From Lytechinus pictus (Eukaryota): 64,000 nt of DNA. Below the pieces are notes generated by a model. It had not been told where the DNA came from. It did no database searches and saw only the letters and a program-made list of their open reading frames with translations. The stretch covers positions 25,360,001 through 25,424,000 of the forward strand of contig NC_087252.1 of assembly GCF_037042905.1 (NCBI RefSeq), read 5' to 3'. The translations under genes were made by a program, and so were the position numbers. Shown in pieces: positions 1 to 12,621 of this stretch; position 1 is the stretch's first letter, and each line of letters opens with the position of its first letter.

Positions 1-164
1 GGAATCATGCCTTTTCCTGGACATCTCTCCTGACCTGCCTCTGGGGGGTGAAAGATCGGAACCAGAGTCATGACGGCGACTCCTAGGCGGTGAAGCATCT
101 GATGAGGAATCATGGCGGGGTCTTCGACTTCCTGATGACATCCTAGACGGTTCTTCCTCTTCAT
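1..164 (-). CDS. BUD13: BUD13 coding exon 3 (partial, runs off the window)
   Basis: Polypyrimidine/CGCAG acceptor, phase 1. Encodes RHDSSSDASPPR, RHDSGSDLSPPR and RHDS, the BUD13 RHD..SP.R repeats. Confidence 0.92.
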   Translation of the reverse strand, partial: MKRKNRLGCHQEVEDPAMIPHQMLHRLGVAVMTLVPIFHPPEAGQERCPGKGMI

Positions 165-647
165 CTGCGAAAAAGAAGTAAAACAATCAATACAGCATTT
201 TTCCTTTTTTTCAGATTTCAAATTAACCAAGTGAGGTAAAAAGCAAGTAAAATCCTATTTGTAGTTTTAATAAATCCCCCCCCAAAAGAGAATGTTGCCA
301 TTCAAATTCAATAGATGTGTAAACAGTCACAACATGAGGAATATAAAACAAAACTGTTTTTATTTCTAAAAATATTATGATTTGGATATTCTAGCAGATG
401 GTCAAATTACACTTTGGTGAGCTTGATCCAACGATCAACCACTTGGTCTTATATTGCCCAGATGCTCTAACTTTCACTTTTGTCTATTTATTATTCTGCA
501 CTTTGTCAAATAAAACTGTGTTTTGTAATCAGTCCAGCTGCCACACCAAGTGGAAATTAGATAAAGTCTGTATATCTTAAATGGAAATTACAGAGAGTTG
601 TAAATGGACCTATTGGCAATCAGACCAAATGGATACGAGACAATCTA

Positions 648-934
648 ATAATAATAATAGTCAGTTCTTGTATAGCGCATAATGCATTATGAATAACGTC
701 TCTATGCGCTTCCAAAGGACTTGGATATTATTACCCCGGCTTTAGCTGGGCTGCCTAGGCACTCAAGCATTCAAGAAATTTATTCCTACCAGGTACCCAT
801 TCACCTCACCTGGGTTGAGTGCAGCACAATGTGGATAAATTTCTTGCTGAACGAAAGTACGCCATGGCTGGGATTCAAACCCACGACCCTCTGTTTCAAA
901 GTCAGAAGACTAATCCACTGGGCCACAACGCTCC
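648..934 (-). mobile_element. tRNA-derived SINE (SURF1-like) in BUD13 intron 2
   Basis: tRNA-like head GGAGCGTTGTGGCCCAGTGG...GGTTTGAATCCC (A/B boxes), CCCAGGTGAGGTGAATGGGTACC core and (TTA)n tail. A related copy lies at 57731-58030. Confidence 0.88.
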
Positions 935-1059
935 ATGGATCTAGTTGGAGACCAAGTGGAATTAGACTATGTGGGATGAGAGTGCTCAAGACCAAACAAA
1001 AAAAGACAAAGAGGGTGTAGACCAAGGCAAGAGGCAAAGTTATTGAAAGAACAACATAC

Positions 1060-1250
1060 CTTGTTTTATAACTTTCCATTTATCACTCTTCCTGTACTGT
1101 TCCAGCTTGACTTCCTCTTCGGGTCTCTCGTCAACAAACCCTGCGACCAAAGGAGCTTCATCAGCTTCTTCAAGCAATTTGGACTTGTCATCATCAGCAT
1201 CAGGTTGGACAAGAGTTCGGAAGTCCACATCATCGTCTAATACACGTACA
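1060..1250 (-). CDS. BUD13: BUD13 coding exon 2
   Basis: TGCAG| acceptor and G|GTATGT donor, with phases joining exons 1 and 3. Reads VRVLDDDVDF...PLVAGFVDERPEE...KWKVI, like human BUD13 RIVDDDV...PVVAEFVDERPEE...KWK. Confidence 0.93.
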
Positions 1251-1490
1251 CTGCATTTGAAAAAAAAAATAAAGAAATGTTAGAGTACTTAACGCATCCT
1301 ACATGTACATTCAACAGGTGCCGAGAATCGACAGCCATTCTTTTCAACCAGACTTCCAATCAGAATTCAAGCAATGTTGACTTGTCATTGTCAGTATCAG
1401 ATGGGACAAGGGCCCTTATCTAGCTCAAGCACACTGGACTTTACCCCCCCCCCCCCCCCCCCGGTAACCTGAGGAATTAATGCAATCAAA

Positions 1491-2543
1491 TACCGTAAGT
1501 AACGGTGTATTAACCGCACCTTTTTCTTGGCGGGATATAAGCAAAAGTCGGGGGTGCGGTTTATCCACGGTGACGGGTCTGAGCCCGCCCGCGTAACCCC
1601 TCCCGAACATGTAAGAAGTCTGCCAGTTCACAACACATCGAGTGGCCGGGCGTAGCCGCCCAGGGCAATGTCGTTTAGAGGGGTATGAGCCGCGGGTAAT
1701 GGGAAGCGATTATTACCATCTTAATCAAATAGTGTCCATAACAAATGCACCCACCTTCATGACACTAATTTCGACTTTATTCTCGATTCAAAGCAGCAAA
1801 GTTCCCTGGCTAAGTTCAAAGAGACGCCAAGCATTCTCGGTAATAATTCGTCACAGCTGAGCAAGAGCCGAGAGCTAGCTTGCGTTGTATTGTGGTTTTG
1901 AGTGCGACTTAAGCTGGCGCTATTCATTTTAACCCCTCAAAGTCCGTTTCGCGCCAGCTTATTTTTTTCTTTCCTGTTTGCTTTTCATAAGATACCATGT
2001 ACACCGTGCACCACGTATGAGAGAGACGGCACGAAGCTGTAAAACAACTGGAAAAAATGCAAATTTCTTTGTTTCTTGAACCTTCCTGTAATCCCGTATC
2101 CAAAATTCATGCTAAGCCATCGAATGCTAGACAAATTCTGAAAGTGAATGTGAGGTTGTGATGCAAGAAATGTGAAAGACACAGTTCACAATTTGATAAG
2201 ATGTACTGGTAGTGGTACCGTATCGAAGTTTGCAATGTACATGTACAAGAACGGCAGTGCTGTGTGTGTGTGCACTGTGACTGTGAGGTGAGTGAGTGTG
2301 TAAGTGGCCAATATTGTCGGGACCTTTCTTTCTTGCTAACATTTGTAGATGAATTGATCAAGAACAGCAGATTTCCGCATACCGGTAATCTCTTTGAATA
2401 CTTTGAAATCTTTAACTTAGTTTTTGTTTCTTCGTACCTCAAATATGCATGTAAATGTGAGAAGGATTTTTTTTTTTTTTTTAGTCCAAAGTTGGGGGTG
2501 CGGTTAATACACGGGTGCGGTTAATACACCGTTACTTACGGTA
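1491..2543. mobile_element. Non-autonomous Tc1/mariner-pogo-like DNA transposon
   Basis: TA on both flanks, perfect 28-bp TIR CCGTAAGTAACGGTGTATTAACCGCACC, and repeated subterminal GGGTGCGGTTAATACAC. No transposase ORF. Confidence 0.85.
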
Positions 2544-2821
2544 CCTGTAATACAATCTTACTTTCCACAAAAATTGATGCTCAAGTCTTTATGTTTGAAG
2601 GTTTGCTTGGTGGCATGGACAATCGCAGAAGTCGTTTATGGTACACCATGTGTTCATTTTGTGTTGCGTGCTGGTAAGGACTAACGTCATGAAGAGAAAG
2701 TGGATATTAAAGACAGAAGTGAAATGGTGAGGCGAGAAGTGGAGGTTAGATAGAAGAGTATTCTTTCGGAGTTGAGTGCAGTGCTATTAAACCTACTGTA
2801 AACCAGAAAGAGTCAAGAAGC

Positions 2822-3210
2822 TTAAAGAGAAATGCCAGTAGTTGCAGTAAACACTGATTTCATGAGAAAGTCTGTAAAACCAGGCTTAATTGTCAGTATA
2901 TCGAGGATCTAGATCTGGTACAGTTACATAAACTGAACTTCGTGAAATCTTGAAATCTACGCTGAAAAATGTTCACACTGAAGATCACCAACACAGATAA
3001 GCGCACGTGGGACAGTGTATTATTATTGCTTTGAATGTCGGCCCGACGCTTGACCTCATTTGACCGAATTTCTCAGCAATTACACAATTTCTTCCAGAAT
3101 CCTTTGGCACATATTTTTTATTTATACGAACAGACACTTTGGTGGTCATTTCATTGGATTCTGTACGAACTCATTTTGATATCGTTACCACAACTGGCAT
3201 TTCCCTTTAA
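2822..3210. mobile_element. TTAA-flanked MITE (Kolobok-like)
   Basis: TTAA-AGAGAAATGCCAGT ... ACTGGCATTTCCCT-TTAA. RR..YY termini with a TTAA target are typical of Kolobok. Confidence 0.8.
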
Positions 3211-4039
3211 GTAGTTGAAGACATGATGAAACTCATGTTTCGGGCAGGTGGACAGTCAACCTGTCCAAAACAATAAGTCTAATTGAAGTGATAAAGTAGT
3301 ATCGAGTTATATTATGAAAAGATACCAAATTATTTGGTCAGTTTTTATGTGCCAATTCTTGGGCCTATTTTCTTTAAAAGATACCAATTTAGTTGGTCAA
3401 CTTTTTTATGCCAATCTTATAAATTGGTTTATTTTCGGATGAGTAGTCGTCATTCATTGTTGGGATAATTTGATACTGCATTCAAGGAATTACATGTACT
3501 TGATTTGAGCCTTGATATAGATTTACGTATGTAGTTAAGAAATATGGATATCAAAGTTGTACAGAATCAAATACTTAAATCCTTTTAAGTTTCCATTTAG
3601 GAGGCATTATTTTGAATTTTAACTCAAAATGTTCTGCAATTTCCTTTCTGTCTGGTATTAGTTGGATTGTTTAGTGATAGTCATGTGGTTGATGGTAAGT
3701 TATGATTGTTGACGATGACTGTCGTTATGTGATTGATATTAATCTATTTGATTAATTAAAGCAGCAGGATATTCGAGACAACTTACCCCCCCCCCCCCAT
3801 TGAGCTCGGATAGGCTACCTGTGAACCCAATGAATTGATAAGAGCGATTTGAGTATGAGTACATGTACATGGTTGTATATGATATATTTTCATTTAATAC
3901 TGGAATTTCTTCCAAATTATTCTGAGTTGCGGTCTCAGTATAATCTCCCGCATGGTGGCAGCGTTACAAGGAGTTTTGAGGGGATTTCACGATACACCTC
4001 AATTTGAATAGAAAGATGAAAAAAATGGCACACTGAATT

Positions 4040-4652
4040 ATTGCCTTCGCCAAGCCAGGCCCTTGGCTTCGGTTTGCACTGCGTTTTTTTGATCACTTGA
4101 AAATGGATTATGTTTTCTGTGAGAAAAGTTGGAAAATTAGAAAAAAAAATCTAAAAATGTAAAAAAACTTTAAAAAAAATTGAAATCTAAAAATCAAAAA
4201 TTAGAAAAATCTAGTAATTGTTTCAAAAAAATCATATCAGTCACTGATACTATTTCCTTGAAACAAATAGATCTAGAGATTTCAAATTTTTAGATTGTAG
4301 ATTTCAATATTTTTTTTGATTTTTAGATTTTTTCTTCTTCTAATTTTCCAACTTTTCTCACAGAAAATGTATCCATTTTCAATTGACCAAAAAACGGAGT
4401 GCAAACTGAAGCCGAATCCAAGGGCCTGGGCTGGCTCACTCACACGTATTGCGAGGTTAGAATTACTAGTACTACTACTAGTATACTAACCTCGCACCAT
4501 GAACTGCATTTGGCAGTGGATTTCTAACTAGTGGGTCGCGCGTGCTGCGATCCCACTTCTGGTGTCCACAACACACGACTTCTATGGCTTGATTTTTCTG
4601 TGCGCGGCGGCATGTAATGAACCCTAAGTGGGGCTGGCTTGGCGAATCCAAT
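4040..4652. mobile_element. Foldback element (~150-bp arms) with an interrupted right arm
   Basis: 4051-4200 is the reverse complement of ~4290-4436. The outer left arm (TTCGCCAAGCCAG) pairs with 4631-4650. Confidence 0.7.
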
Positions 4653-4849
4653 CGATCATTGAGATAACAAAAAACCCACTCACACGTATTACAAGGTTAG
4701 TATTAGTATACTAACCTCGCACCACGAACCGCGTTTGGCAGTGGATTTCTAACTAGTGGGTCGCGCGTGCTGGGATCTCACTTCTTGGGTCCACAACACA
4801 CGACTTCTATGGCTTGATTTTTCTGTGCGCGGCGGCATGTAATGAACCC
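4437..4849. repeat. Direct duplication of a ~175-190-bp unit
   Basis: CACTCACACGTATT...GTAATGAACCCT occurs at 4437-4625 and 4677-4849, near identical. Confidence 0.9.
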
Positions 4850-5192
4850 TTGGGACCCAAAAACCCTAATCTTTGCAAAAATATTTAGACTCAGTCTACA
4901 TTTCATATTTTAAATTTAATGTAGATACGCCTAGATTACATTCATGATAAAAATTTGATGAATTAAAACAAATTGCGTTTGGTATGGTTGATTTTATGTA
5001 AAGTGTTCGATAATATCAGCAGCAGCATGCGAGCTCCTGGTAGGAAGCCCCTTGCATGTTCGCCCGATGGTCCGGCGTATGACGCTCCGGATTTTCGCTG
5101 CCTATCCTGCCTTGCCCTCTTTCTCCTTGTTGGGCAATTGGGCCTGCATTGAAGCTGGACTGAATTGTTTGAAATTATAGAGGAGATCTTAC

Positions 5193-5320
5193 CTAGCAGC
5201 CTTCACAGCTACTCCTGAATGTCCTCCGTGTTTTTTCTTTCGCTTCTTCTTCTTTTTATCCTCAGTATCACCTCCTGAAAGATATCTTTTCAGGTATTCT
5301 TTTTGGTCGATGGCTGACAT
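5193..5320 (-). CDS. BUD13: BUD13 homolog (RES complex splicing factor), coding exon 1
   Basis: ATG at 5320 gives MSAIDQKEYLKRYLSGGDTEDKKKKKRKKKH..., matching the BUD13 N-terminal EYLKRYLS plus basic stretch. Ends AG|GTAAGA (phase 2). Confidence 0.93.
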
Positions 5321-5822
5321 GATTGATATGTTGCGATTTGGTACCGGTACACATTCGGCTCTTGGAAACTCGTCCGATTATTATTTTCGTCTGGCGCGCG
5401 AGGGGCGTCGAGGTCAGTAACTGTTAGCCACAAAGATCTACTAGAAAAAATTAATAAACAGAACAAAGCTTAATAATGATTAGGCTTTTGTACGTTCTAT
5501 CCATATTTTCTGAAATACCAGTAGGCCTATAGATCTAGTACTACCCGCCGGACGCCCCGCGCGCCTCTATGCACGCTCGGTAGGCCGACTTATACTCTAT
5601 AAAAAGCATTATTCTGTCTCCTGAAACTTGAGCAAAAAGAAAAAAAACTAAATAATAAAGGTGGGTTCATCATCATCCAAAACAGGCATCGGGTGCGTCT
5701 TATTTAATTTCCTGGCTTTCAAATTAGCGGCCTAATATATGAGTTTTAACCCATGCAGCCATGGGCCGCCAGTGCCCTTCTTTTTTATTTTCAGAAAATG
5801 ACCCCGGCAGCGCTATAGGCCT

Positions 5823-6390
5823 ACTGGCTGCGGAACCGGGGGGCGGGGCACTGCCCCCCCCCCCCCCCCATTCCCAGGAGGAAAAATTTCTTTTTTTTTT
5901 CAAAATGAAAAGTGCCCTACGATTCAAAACGATACGTGCATGCCCTAAAACAATTTTAGGCCTTTTAAGAAAATCACAAAAATTTTGGCTCGCGCTTCGC
6001 GCTCGCTTCAATTATTAATATTAAGGTACTTGGAATGCTCGGAACTATAGTTTTCAGGTAAGAATATCACAAATTTGCAGCTCGCGCTTCGCGCTCGCAT
6101 CTATAGGACCTACTGTAGTTGATCACAGTGATCGAAAAAACCTGCTTTGAATGTTTAATTTTTGTTGGTTAATGTCCATAAGTTTTGGAGCTATAGTCTC
6201 GAAATGTCTGGTTGCGCGATAAAATGAAATTGACCAAAAAGCTAGTTTACAACTTCAAATTTGAAGTCAAAAAGGCTCTGCTCAATTTAATCAAGTATAC
6301 AAAACACAATCAGTCATGGTGAACAGATAAAATGCCCGTTTTGGCTTTGCGGCCCCCTCCCCCAACGAAAACTTACGTTCCGCCGCCCCT
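5823..6390. mobile_element. Degenerate G/C-tract MITE with CTCGCGCTTCGCGCTCGC repeats
   Basis: GCGGAACCGGGGG... and ...GTTCCGCCGCCCCTG ends. The internal motif is shared with 18416-19914. Confidence 0.5.
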
Positions 6391-6506
6391 GGAATGAACC
6401 CATGCACACACATAAACACACACACAAACACACAATAATTAAAAAAATATATAAAAAAAGAAAGAGGAAATGTCCCCATCCCAGCTGTGACATCGACCCT
6501 ATTAAC

Positions 6507-7074
6507 TTACAAGATGCTCCGGGCTGACTCGAATTAATAAAGTAAAATTCACAAAGCAAAATGCTGAAAATTTGATCAAATTCGGATATTGCAAATGACG
6601 AAGTTATTGAGTTTAAAAGATTTGCATTATTCCGGTGAGATATAGTTCTAGGCATATCTTCATGAATATTCACTATAGGTTGGCTGTTGATGTCATAATA
6701 TTATCTCCAATTGTTCTTTTGTATTTTAGTAAATGAAATTAGGTTTATTCAAATTTTCCTATAAAACAATTGGATTGACAACTGACTAAGTGCATTAGTT
6801 ACTTCTTGCTGCAACTGGCATAAACTTGAATGGAGACACATCATTTACACATTTATGAAAAAATGAAACAATTATGATATCATGTAATAACATAAGAAAA
6901 AAGGAAAGTGGGATGCATGTGATATCATCAGCCTATACCTAACATGCCTAATGGATGATTATAAAGACATGCTTCGAACTGTTTCACCGGAATGAATTTT
7001 CAGCATTTTGCTCAATATGGACTTTACTCTATTTATTTAACAATAAATATTTTCAGTCCGGAGTATCCCTCTAA
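6507..7074. mobile_element. Degenerate TTAA-type MITE, same family as 12078-13467
   Basis: CTCCGGGCTGA ... TCAGTCCGGAG ends. Internal AGAGTAAAATTCAC-type and GAAGTTATTGA motifs are shared with 12078-12620 and ~20580-21045. Confidence 0.6.
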
Positions 7075-7512
7075 CCCTATAGGCCTATAAAGGGGCTGAA
7101 ACGTACATGTATATCGAGACTGAAAATTGCATCCAGAATGGGGGTCGATTTGTTTTTCTTATTTACTGATATTTTTATGGACGACAATCCCAAAGCCACA
7201 CCGCTGTCTACAGTAGATCAAATACAAAATGTTGCACGTCGGAACTGCTCGGGTTTTCTCTAATTAATTGGTGGGATTATTGATAATTGAAATCGCTGAG
7301 AATGAGATCAGAATGTGAAAGGAGTTTCGATGGATATTAGTAGCATTACAACCGAAACATAATGTTTCTTTCCTCAAGCATGCAGCAGATGATCACTGCC
7401 GTGTAGGTCGGGCTGGCCTGGCCCGGCCGCGCCCGTTCAATCTTCAACAGCTACCCGCTTCGCCGGCTGACTGTGCTGCTGCTAAGTGGTGAACAGGAAA
7501 GTTTTGTTGACC

Positions 7513-7522
7513 ATGGAATCAG
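7513..7522 (+). CDS. C2H2 zinc-finger gene 1, micro coding exon 1 (MES)
   Basis: Strong Kozak ACCATGG and donor CAG|GTACGG. Phase 1 joins exon 2 in frame (G+AT = Asp). Confidence 0.72.
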
Positions 7523-8075
7523 GTACGGTACACATGCATGTAGTATAGGCCTAATCATCTGCTAGGCATATAAAATGTCGATAGCAATTTGTTTAGTTTA
7601 GCCTATATTAGGGTTGAGTAGAAATTGGGCAAAGGTTTAATAATTTGTAATTGAATCTTGAAAATTTACAAGCCTCTTATAAAAATTAATAATTGTCTTG
7701 ATCCTGTCTGATATCTTAATGTTAGAGATCTGGAAGGCCTCGAGATGTAACTAACTAAGGTTGGTGGGGTGGGGCTCCGGGTTGGACCTGCTTTTCAAGT
7801 AAAAGTGGGTTTGGTTTGTGAATTCATCTGGTAATGGAGGCTTTTGTTACTTTTGTTAATACTTCTGGGTTTTTTTTCTGCTGCTGTAGGATACTCATCC
7901 TTTAGATGATGGGGATTGTTGACTATAAAAGGATGATACACAAACCTAAGGGTATAGTGTAATATGCCCCCATATTAGGCGCAATTGGAAATTATGAATA
8001 TGGTCCTCATGGACTGTATAACTAAGTGTTTATCATTAAAAAATCACTTTCTTTACTTCTTTAATATGATTGCAG

Positions 8076-10849
8076 ATACGCTGCAGGCTGTGCACTCTTT
8101 CCAGTGCCAATTCTGTGAAGAGGTGTTTTCATCCAGCATTCAGATGGCACAACACTGGCAAGACCACCACCAGGAGGACCACATAGAGCAGGAAACATCA
8201 ATCTACCACCTCCTCCAGACAACAGCCTTTGATCTCACTCAGTCCATGGCCAACAGCGCGAGTGATGTCATCAAGGGTAGCAGTCGCTTGACCGATTCTA
8301 ACCACCATGTCGCTCCTGAAAAGCGTTCCATGAAAGATGCCATGTACGAGGAGAATTTAGTATCGGAGGAAACATGTCAAGGACTCGGCCAAACCAATTC
8401 TGTAGAGAGTTCAAGTCCAGTAGCTGTCTCTGTAAAATCTTCAGACTTGAAATCTGTCCCCAGGAAAGGATTGAAGGATTTCTGTTGTGAAATATGTGGT
8501 CGGACTTACACAACCACATCAAATCTGAACAAGCACTATCGCACACATACAGGTGTTCTCTACTTCTGTAGCCTTTGTCAGAAAGGTTTTAGATATAAAG
8601 AGAGTCTAAAGAAACATGAAAAAGGCCATACACAAAGAAGGACTAAGAATCATGACTGTGTCTATCAGTGCCAATTTTGCCACAAGAATTTTCCTGACAA
8701 ACTCAGATTAAGTATTCACTTCCGTTCTCATCCTATGGAGAAAACGCACAAATGCAACCAGTGTGAACGAACCTTTCTCTACAAAAGTGGATTAAGGCGA
8801 CATATGCTTTCACATGCTTCTGAAAAGGCACATATATGTCCCCACTGTCCAAAAAGTTTCTTGACACTTCATAGTCTGAAGGCACATATCAAGACCCATT
8901 CTGGCAAGAAGCCGTTCTCCTGTGACAAATGTGAAAAGGCTTTTGCTCAGAAGCTTACTTTAATCGAGCACATGAAATTACACGAGGACACTAGATCTTA
9001 TAAGTGTAGCTACTGTGGAAAAGGTTTCCATCAGCGATCAACACTGTGGGGACATGAGAAGCTACACAAGCGTGAGAAGGTTCACAGATGCAGTAAATGC
9101 GAGGAACAATTTGGGACGTTGAAAGAACTTCGGAGGCATGAGAAGAAACATTGGCTGGATTCCGGGCTGCACAAAACTGTTGACATTGATGGGGAACCTG
9201 TCAAGGATTCTGTGCAAACGAAACGATTTGAATGTGATCTCTGTGGGGAAGCGTTCACCCAAAAGGCAGTGCTGCAAACACACTACAGGAGACATACGGG
9301 TGAAAAGCCATTTAAATGTAATGTATGTGGGAAACAGTTCAGACACTTGGCATCCAGCAAGAGACATGGTTTAATCCACAAAGGTATCAAACAGTATCAT
9401 TGTGATATTTGTGGTAAATCATTCACCAAGAAGTCCTACTTGAAGTGGCATGTCTCCAAGCTTCACTCCACTGTTAATGACAGCAGACTGAAAGTTTGTG
9501 ATGATACTTGTAAAGGGAATTCGGAAGCTACAGACTCCCAGTCGGTGACAGGAACTGCCTATGCCGATAGGTGGAATGAGGATCCAGATAGTGTGTTATC
9601 ACTAGAGGATTGTGGTGGTAGTGATATGGAGTCTGATAATCAGAGACCATACAGTAGTTCAGAGGAGAAAGAAGGTCAGTGTAGAGATGAACTGGAGGAC
9701 TTTGCACAAAAAGATGGATTTGGTGGTCAGAGAAAACAAAGTGATTGTGAGATTGACCAGATGGAGAGTCTGAATACCCCTGACCATCCAAGATCGCAGA
9801 TCATGGAGGGAACAAGCGTAATAGTGTCATTCCAGGATGTTTGCGATGTGCCAATCAATGAAGAATGTGTCCACACAATGAACGTCCTGGACCATGTCAT
9901 GCAACTGGCTGAGATTTCCCAAAGAGATGTTGAAGAGTGTCAGATCCAGATTGAAAATGTTCCGCTAGGTCAGGCAGCCCCAGGTGAAGGGAGAAGCATG
10001 GAAACTGATCCAGATAAGAATAAAACACTGCTACATTTATCTCTTGATGATGTAACCATTGGCAATCAGAAACCTTCTGCAGTCAAACCCTTTGTGTGTG
10101 AATTATGTGGACGAATGTACAGCTCAAACTCATGCCTTCTGAGACACAAGCAAACTCACCTGATCTCCAAGCCCCACAAGTGCAATCTTTGTGACAAGTC
10201 CTATAGCCGACGACCACTCTTACGAGAGCACATTCAGTTCTCGCACAGTGAGCAGCAAAGGGTTCACCAGTGTTCATTCTGTGAGAAATCGTTTCCCAAT
10301 GCGACTAGATTAGAATTGCATGTCCGTACCCACACACAAGATAAACCCTTCAAGTGCCGAGAATGCCAGAAGGGATTTGCGGACTCCAGCAATCTCAGGA
10401 GACATGAACGCAGTCATAAGGGGTTGCGAACACATAAGTGCCCTCAGTGTGGACAGCTGTTCTCTGAGAAGCCTGCCCTTCAGCGGCATCAAGCCAGGCA
10501 TCAAGGAGAGAAGAACTATCAATGTCAGCACTGCACCAAGTCATTTGTTCTGAAGACGGACTTACAGAGCCACATCATCTTACATAAAGCTGCCAAGGAG
10601 TCAGAATGCTCTGCTTGTGGTATGACATTCAAGCGACAAATCAGCTTCAATCTTCATCGGGCTACCACCAAGAAAAGTGCCAGGAAATGCAGGGTGTGTG
10701 GCATTGGATTTGCGAATGAATGCCAGAGACGCCAACATGAACTCAGTGAGCATAAGTTTATTATCAATCACTCAGGGTTTGTCTGTGGGTGCTGTGGGAA
10801 GAGTTTTGATAGGCTCTGTAAAATGGTCAACCATGTAAGAGAGCATTAA
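8076..10849 (+). CDS. C2H2 zinc-finger gene 1, main exon (~21 fingers; ~927 aa spliced)
   Basis: Acceptor TTGCAG at 8075, an uninterrupted ORF with C-x2-C...H-x3/4-H repeats and TGEKP-type linkers, and stop TAA at 10849. Confidence 0.95.
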
Positions 10850-10873
10850 TGAAATGTCAAAGTTTCAGAACAG

Positions 10874-11460
10874 TGAAAGGAGAATGAAACCTTTGGAACA
10901 AGATAGCTTGTGTGAAAACAGAAAAATCAAAGAAACAGATCAATGAAAGATTGAGAAAAATCAGACAAATAATGAGAAAGTTATGAGCATTTGAATATTG
11001 TGATCGCTAATGCTATGGAGATCCTCACATTGGCAATGCGACAAAGATGTGTGATGTCACTTGTGAACAACTCTCCCCATTACTTTAGTATATACTTCAC
11101 TTAAACTGCCTCTTTTATCACATCTATCAGTATATCATGTGTTCTTTCTATAGGAGGGCATGTAATACAGATTTTTAAATAATACATCATAGATAAAGAG
11201 TTTGTATCACCATAAGAAAAAGAAACATTTTGGGGGTATTTTATAGTCCATCAAAGGGAAAGCTGTTCACATGTGACATCACACATCCTTGTCGCATTGC
11301 CAATAGGAGGATCTCCATAGCATTAGTGATCACAATATTCAAATGCTCATAACTTTCTTATTATTTATCTGATTTTTCTCGAACTTTCTTTGTTTTTATT
11401 CTTTGATTTTTTTTGTTTCGACACAAGCCTACTTGTTCCAAAGGTTTCATTCCCCTTTAA
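10874..11460. mobile_element. Long-TIR TTAA MITE (Kolobok-like) just after the ZNF gene 1 stop codon
   Basis: AGGAGAATGAAACCTTTGGAACAAG ... CTTGTTCCAAAGGTTTCATTCCCCT-TTAA with ~200-bp inverted arms. A paralog lies at 14069-14660. Confidence 0.85.
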
Positions 11461-11761
11461 ACAATGATCTTTGAAATTTCTGCAAATGGTGACTGGGGAG
11501 GGGGACTTCACAATTTGAATTTTTTTTTCTCCATGATAGTTATAAATTCATGATACATATTATAGCCCGATAGGCAAGACCTGTCTACTTATATTTTGTG
11601 CTGTAGTCTTCTTTCGTCCCCATTTTTTCTTTTCTCCGCTAATTATAAAGTCATAGGGGATGATGGTCACTGCTCCTAAAGTGCCATTCCTGATTGTATT
11701 CCAAGTCCAGAACTAAGCAAGCCAATGAGATTAGAGGTTTTTGTTGGAAATGAATGTTAAT

Positions 11762-11852
11762 AATAAAAAAATGTAATATAATTATAAAAGAAGAATATCC
11801 ATTTTGTTATTCTATGTTGGTGATTTTCAATCTGTTGTGCTTTAAGAATAAA
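11762..11852 (+). terminator. Candidate polyadenylation signals of ZNF gene 1
   Basis: AATAAA at 11762 and 11847, each followed by T-rich sequence. Confidence 0.45.
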
Positions 11853-12621
11853 GGTACCTAAATTTAACAATAGAATGTCATTTTTTTCTGCTCTATTAGA
11901 CAATATTACCTTGTCGATTTAAACTCTAAAATTCCTATTGTCTTGAACATTAGGATTATTGACAAATCTAATTAAGATCAACCCAGTGATATTTGAGCTG
12001 TATTGAAGACGGGGGGGGGGGGGGGGGGGGGGGGAGGTTCATGATGACCGAAGACCCCTTTCTGATTTAATCTTAAATTAAAGGGGTACCCAGGCTAAAA
12101 ATAATTGTTTATAAATAGAGTAAATTTCAGAGAGCAAAATACTGTAAATTTTAAAATCTGATAACAAATGTTGAAGTTATTGAATTATAGATTTTTAGCA
12201 ATATTTTGTGAAAAAGTTATATGCATGTCATCATGTCCCCACTTTCCATTTTTCCTATTTTATTACATGAATATCATAAATATCTCATATTTTCATACAT
12301 GTGGGTATGTTATGTCTCCCTCATAATAAAGTAAGTTGCAGCAATAAATTTTTAATCTATTGAATCAGCTGTCAATCCATTTTTTTTTTCAATTTTCAAT
12401 TTCAAAAAGACCCCAACATAATTGCATATGATAAATAACAAAAAGAAAGTTGGGATATGACATCAGTTTGCTCATTGAACATTCATGAACACATGCATAA
12501 GAACTATTTTATTGAATAATGAGAATCTTTAAAATGTAATAGCTTTGTTATTCTTTGTCAGATTTTGATCGTTTTTTCAGTACTTTGTGAGCCTGATTTT
12601 TCTTTAGAGACAGCATGGAGT

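Larger units (their letters stand above)
5321..7512. promoter_or_regulatory. Divergent intergenic/promoter region between BUD13 and ZNF gene 1
   Basis: Start codons at 5320 (-) and 7513 (+). CpG-rich patches at ~5340-5590 and ~7400-7480. Confidence 0.6.

Noticed and set aside
7985..8075. N-terminal 30 aa of the 954-aa ORF
   Set aside because: It starts at TTG in AT-rich intron sequence. The acceptor at 8075 and an upstream ATG exon explain the gene better.
8298..10553. Antisense and alternate-frame ORFs within ZNF gene 1
   Set aside because: These are short shadow ORFs of the real coding exon.
12011..12034. Long poly-G tracts as functional G-quadruplexes
   Set aside because: Such tracts occur throughout the window, often as parts of MITEs, and homopolymer lengths are unreliable.
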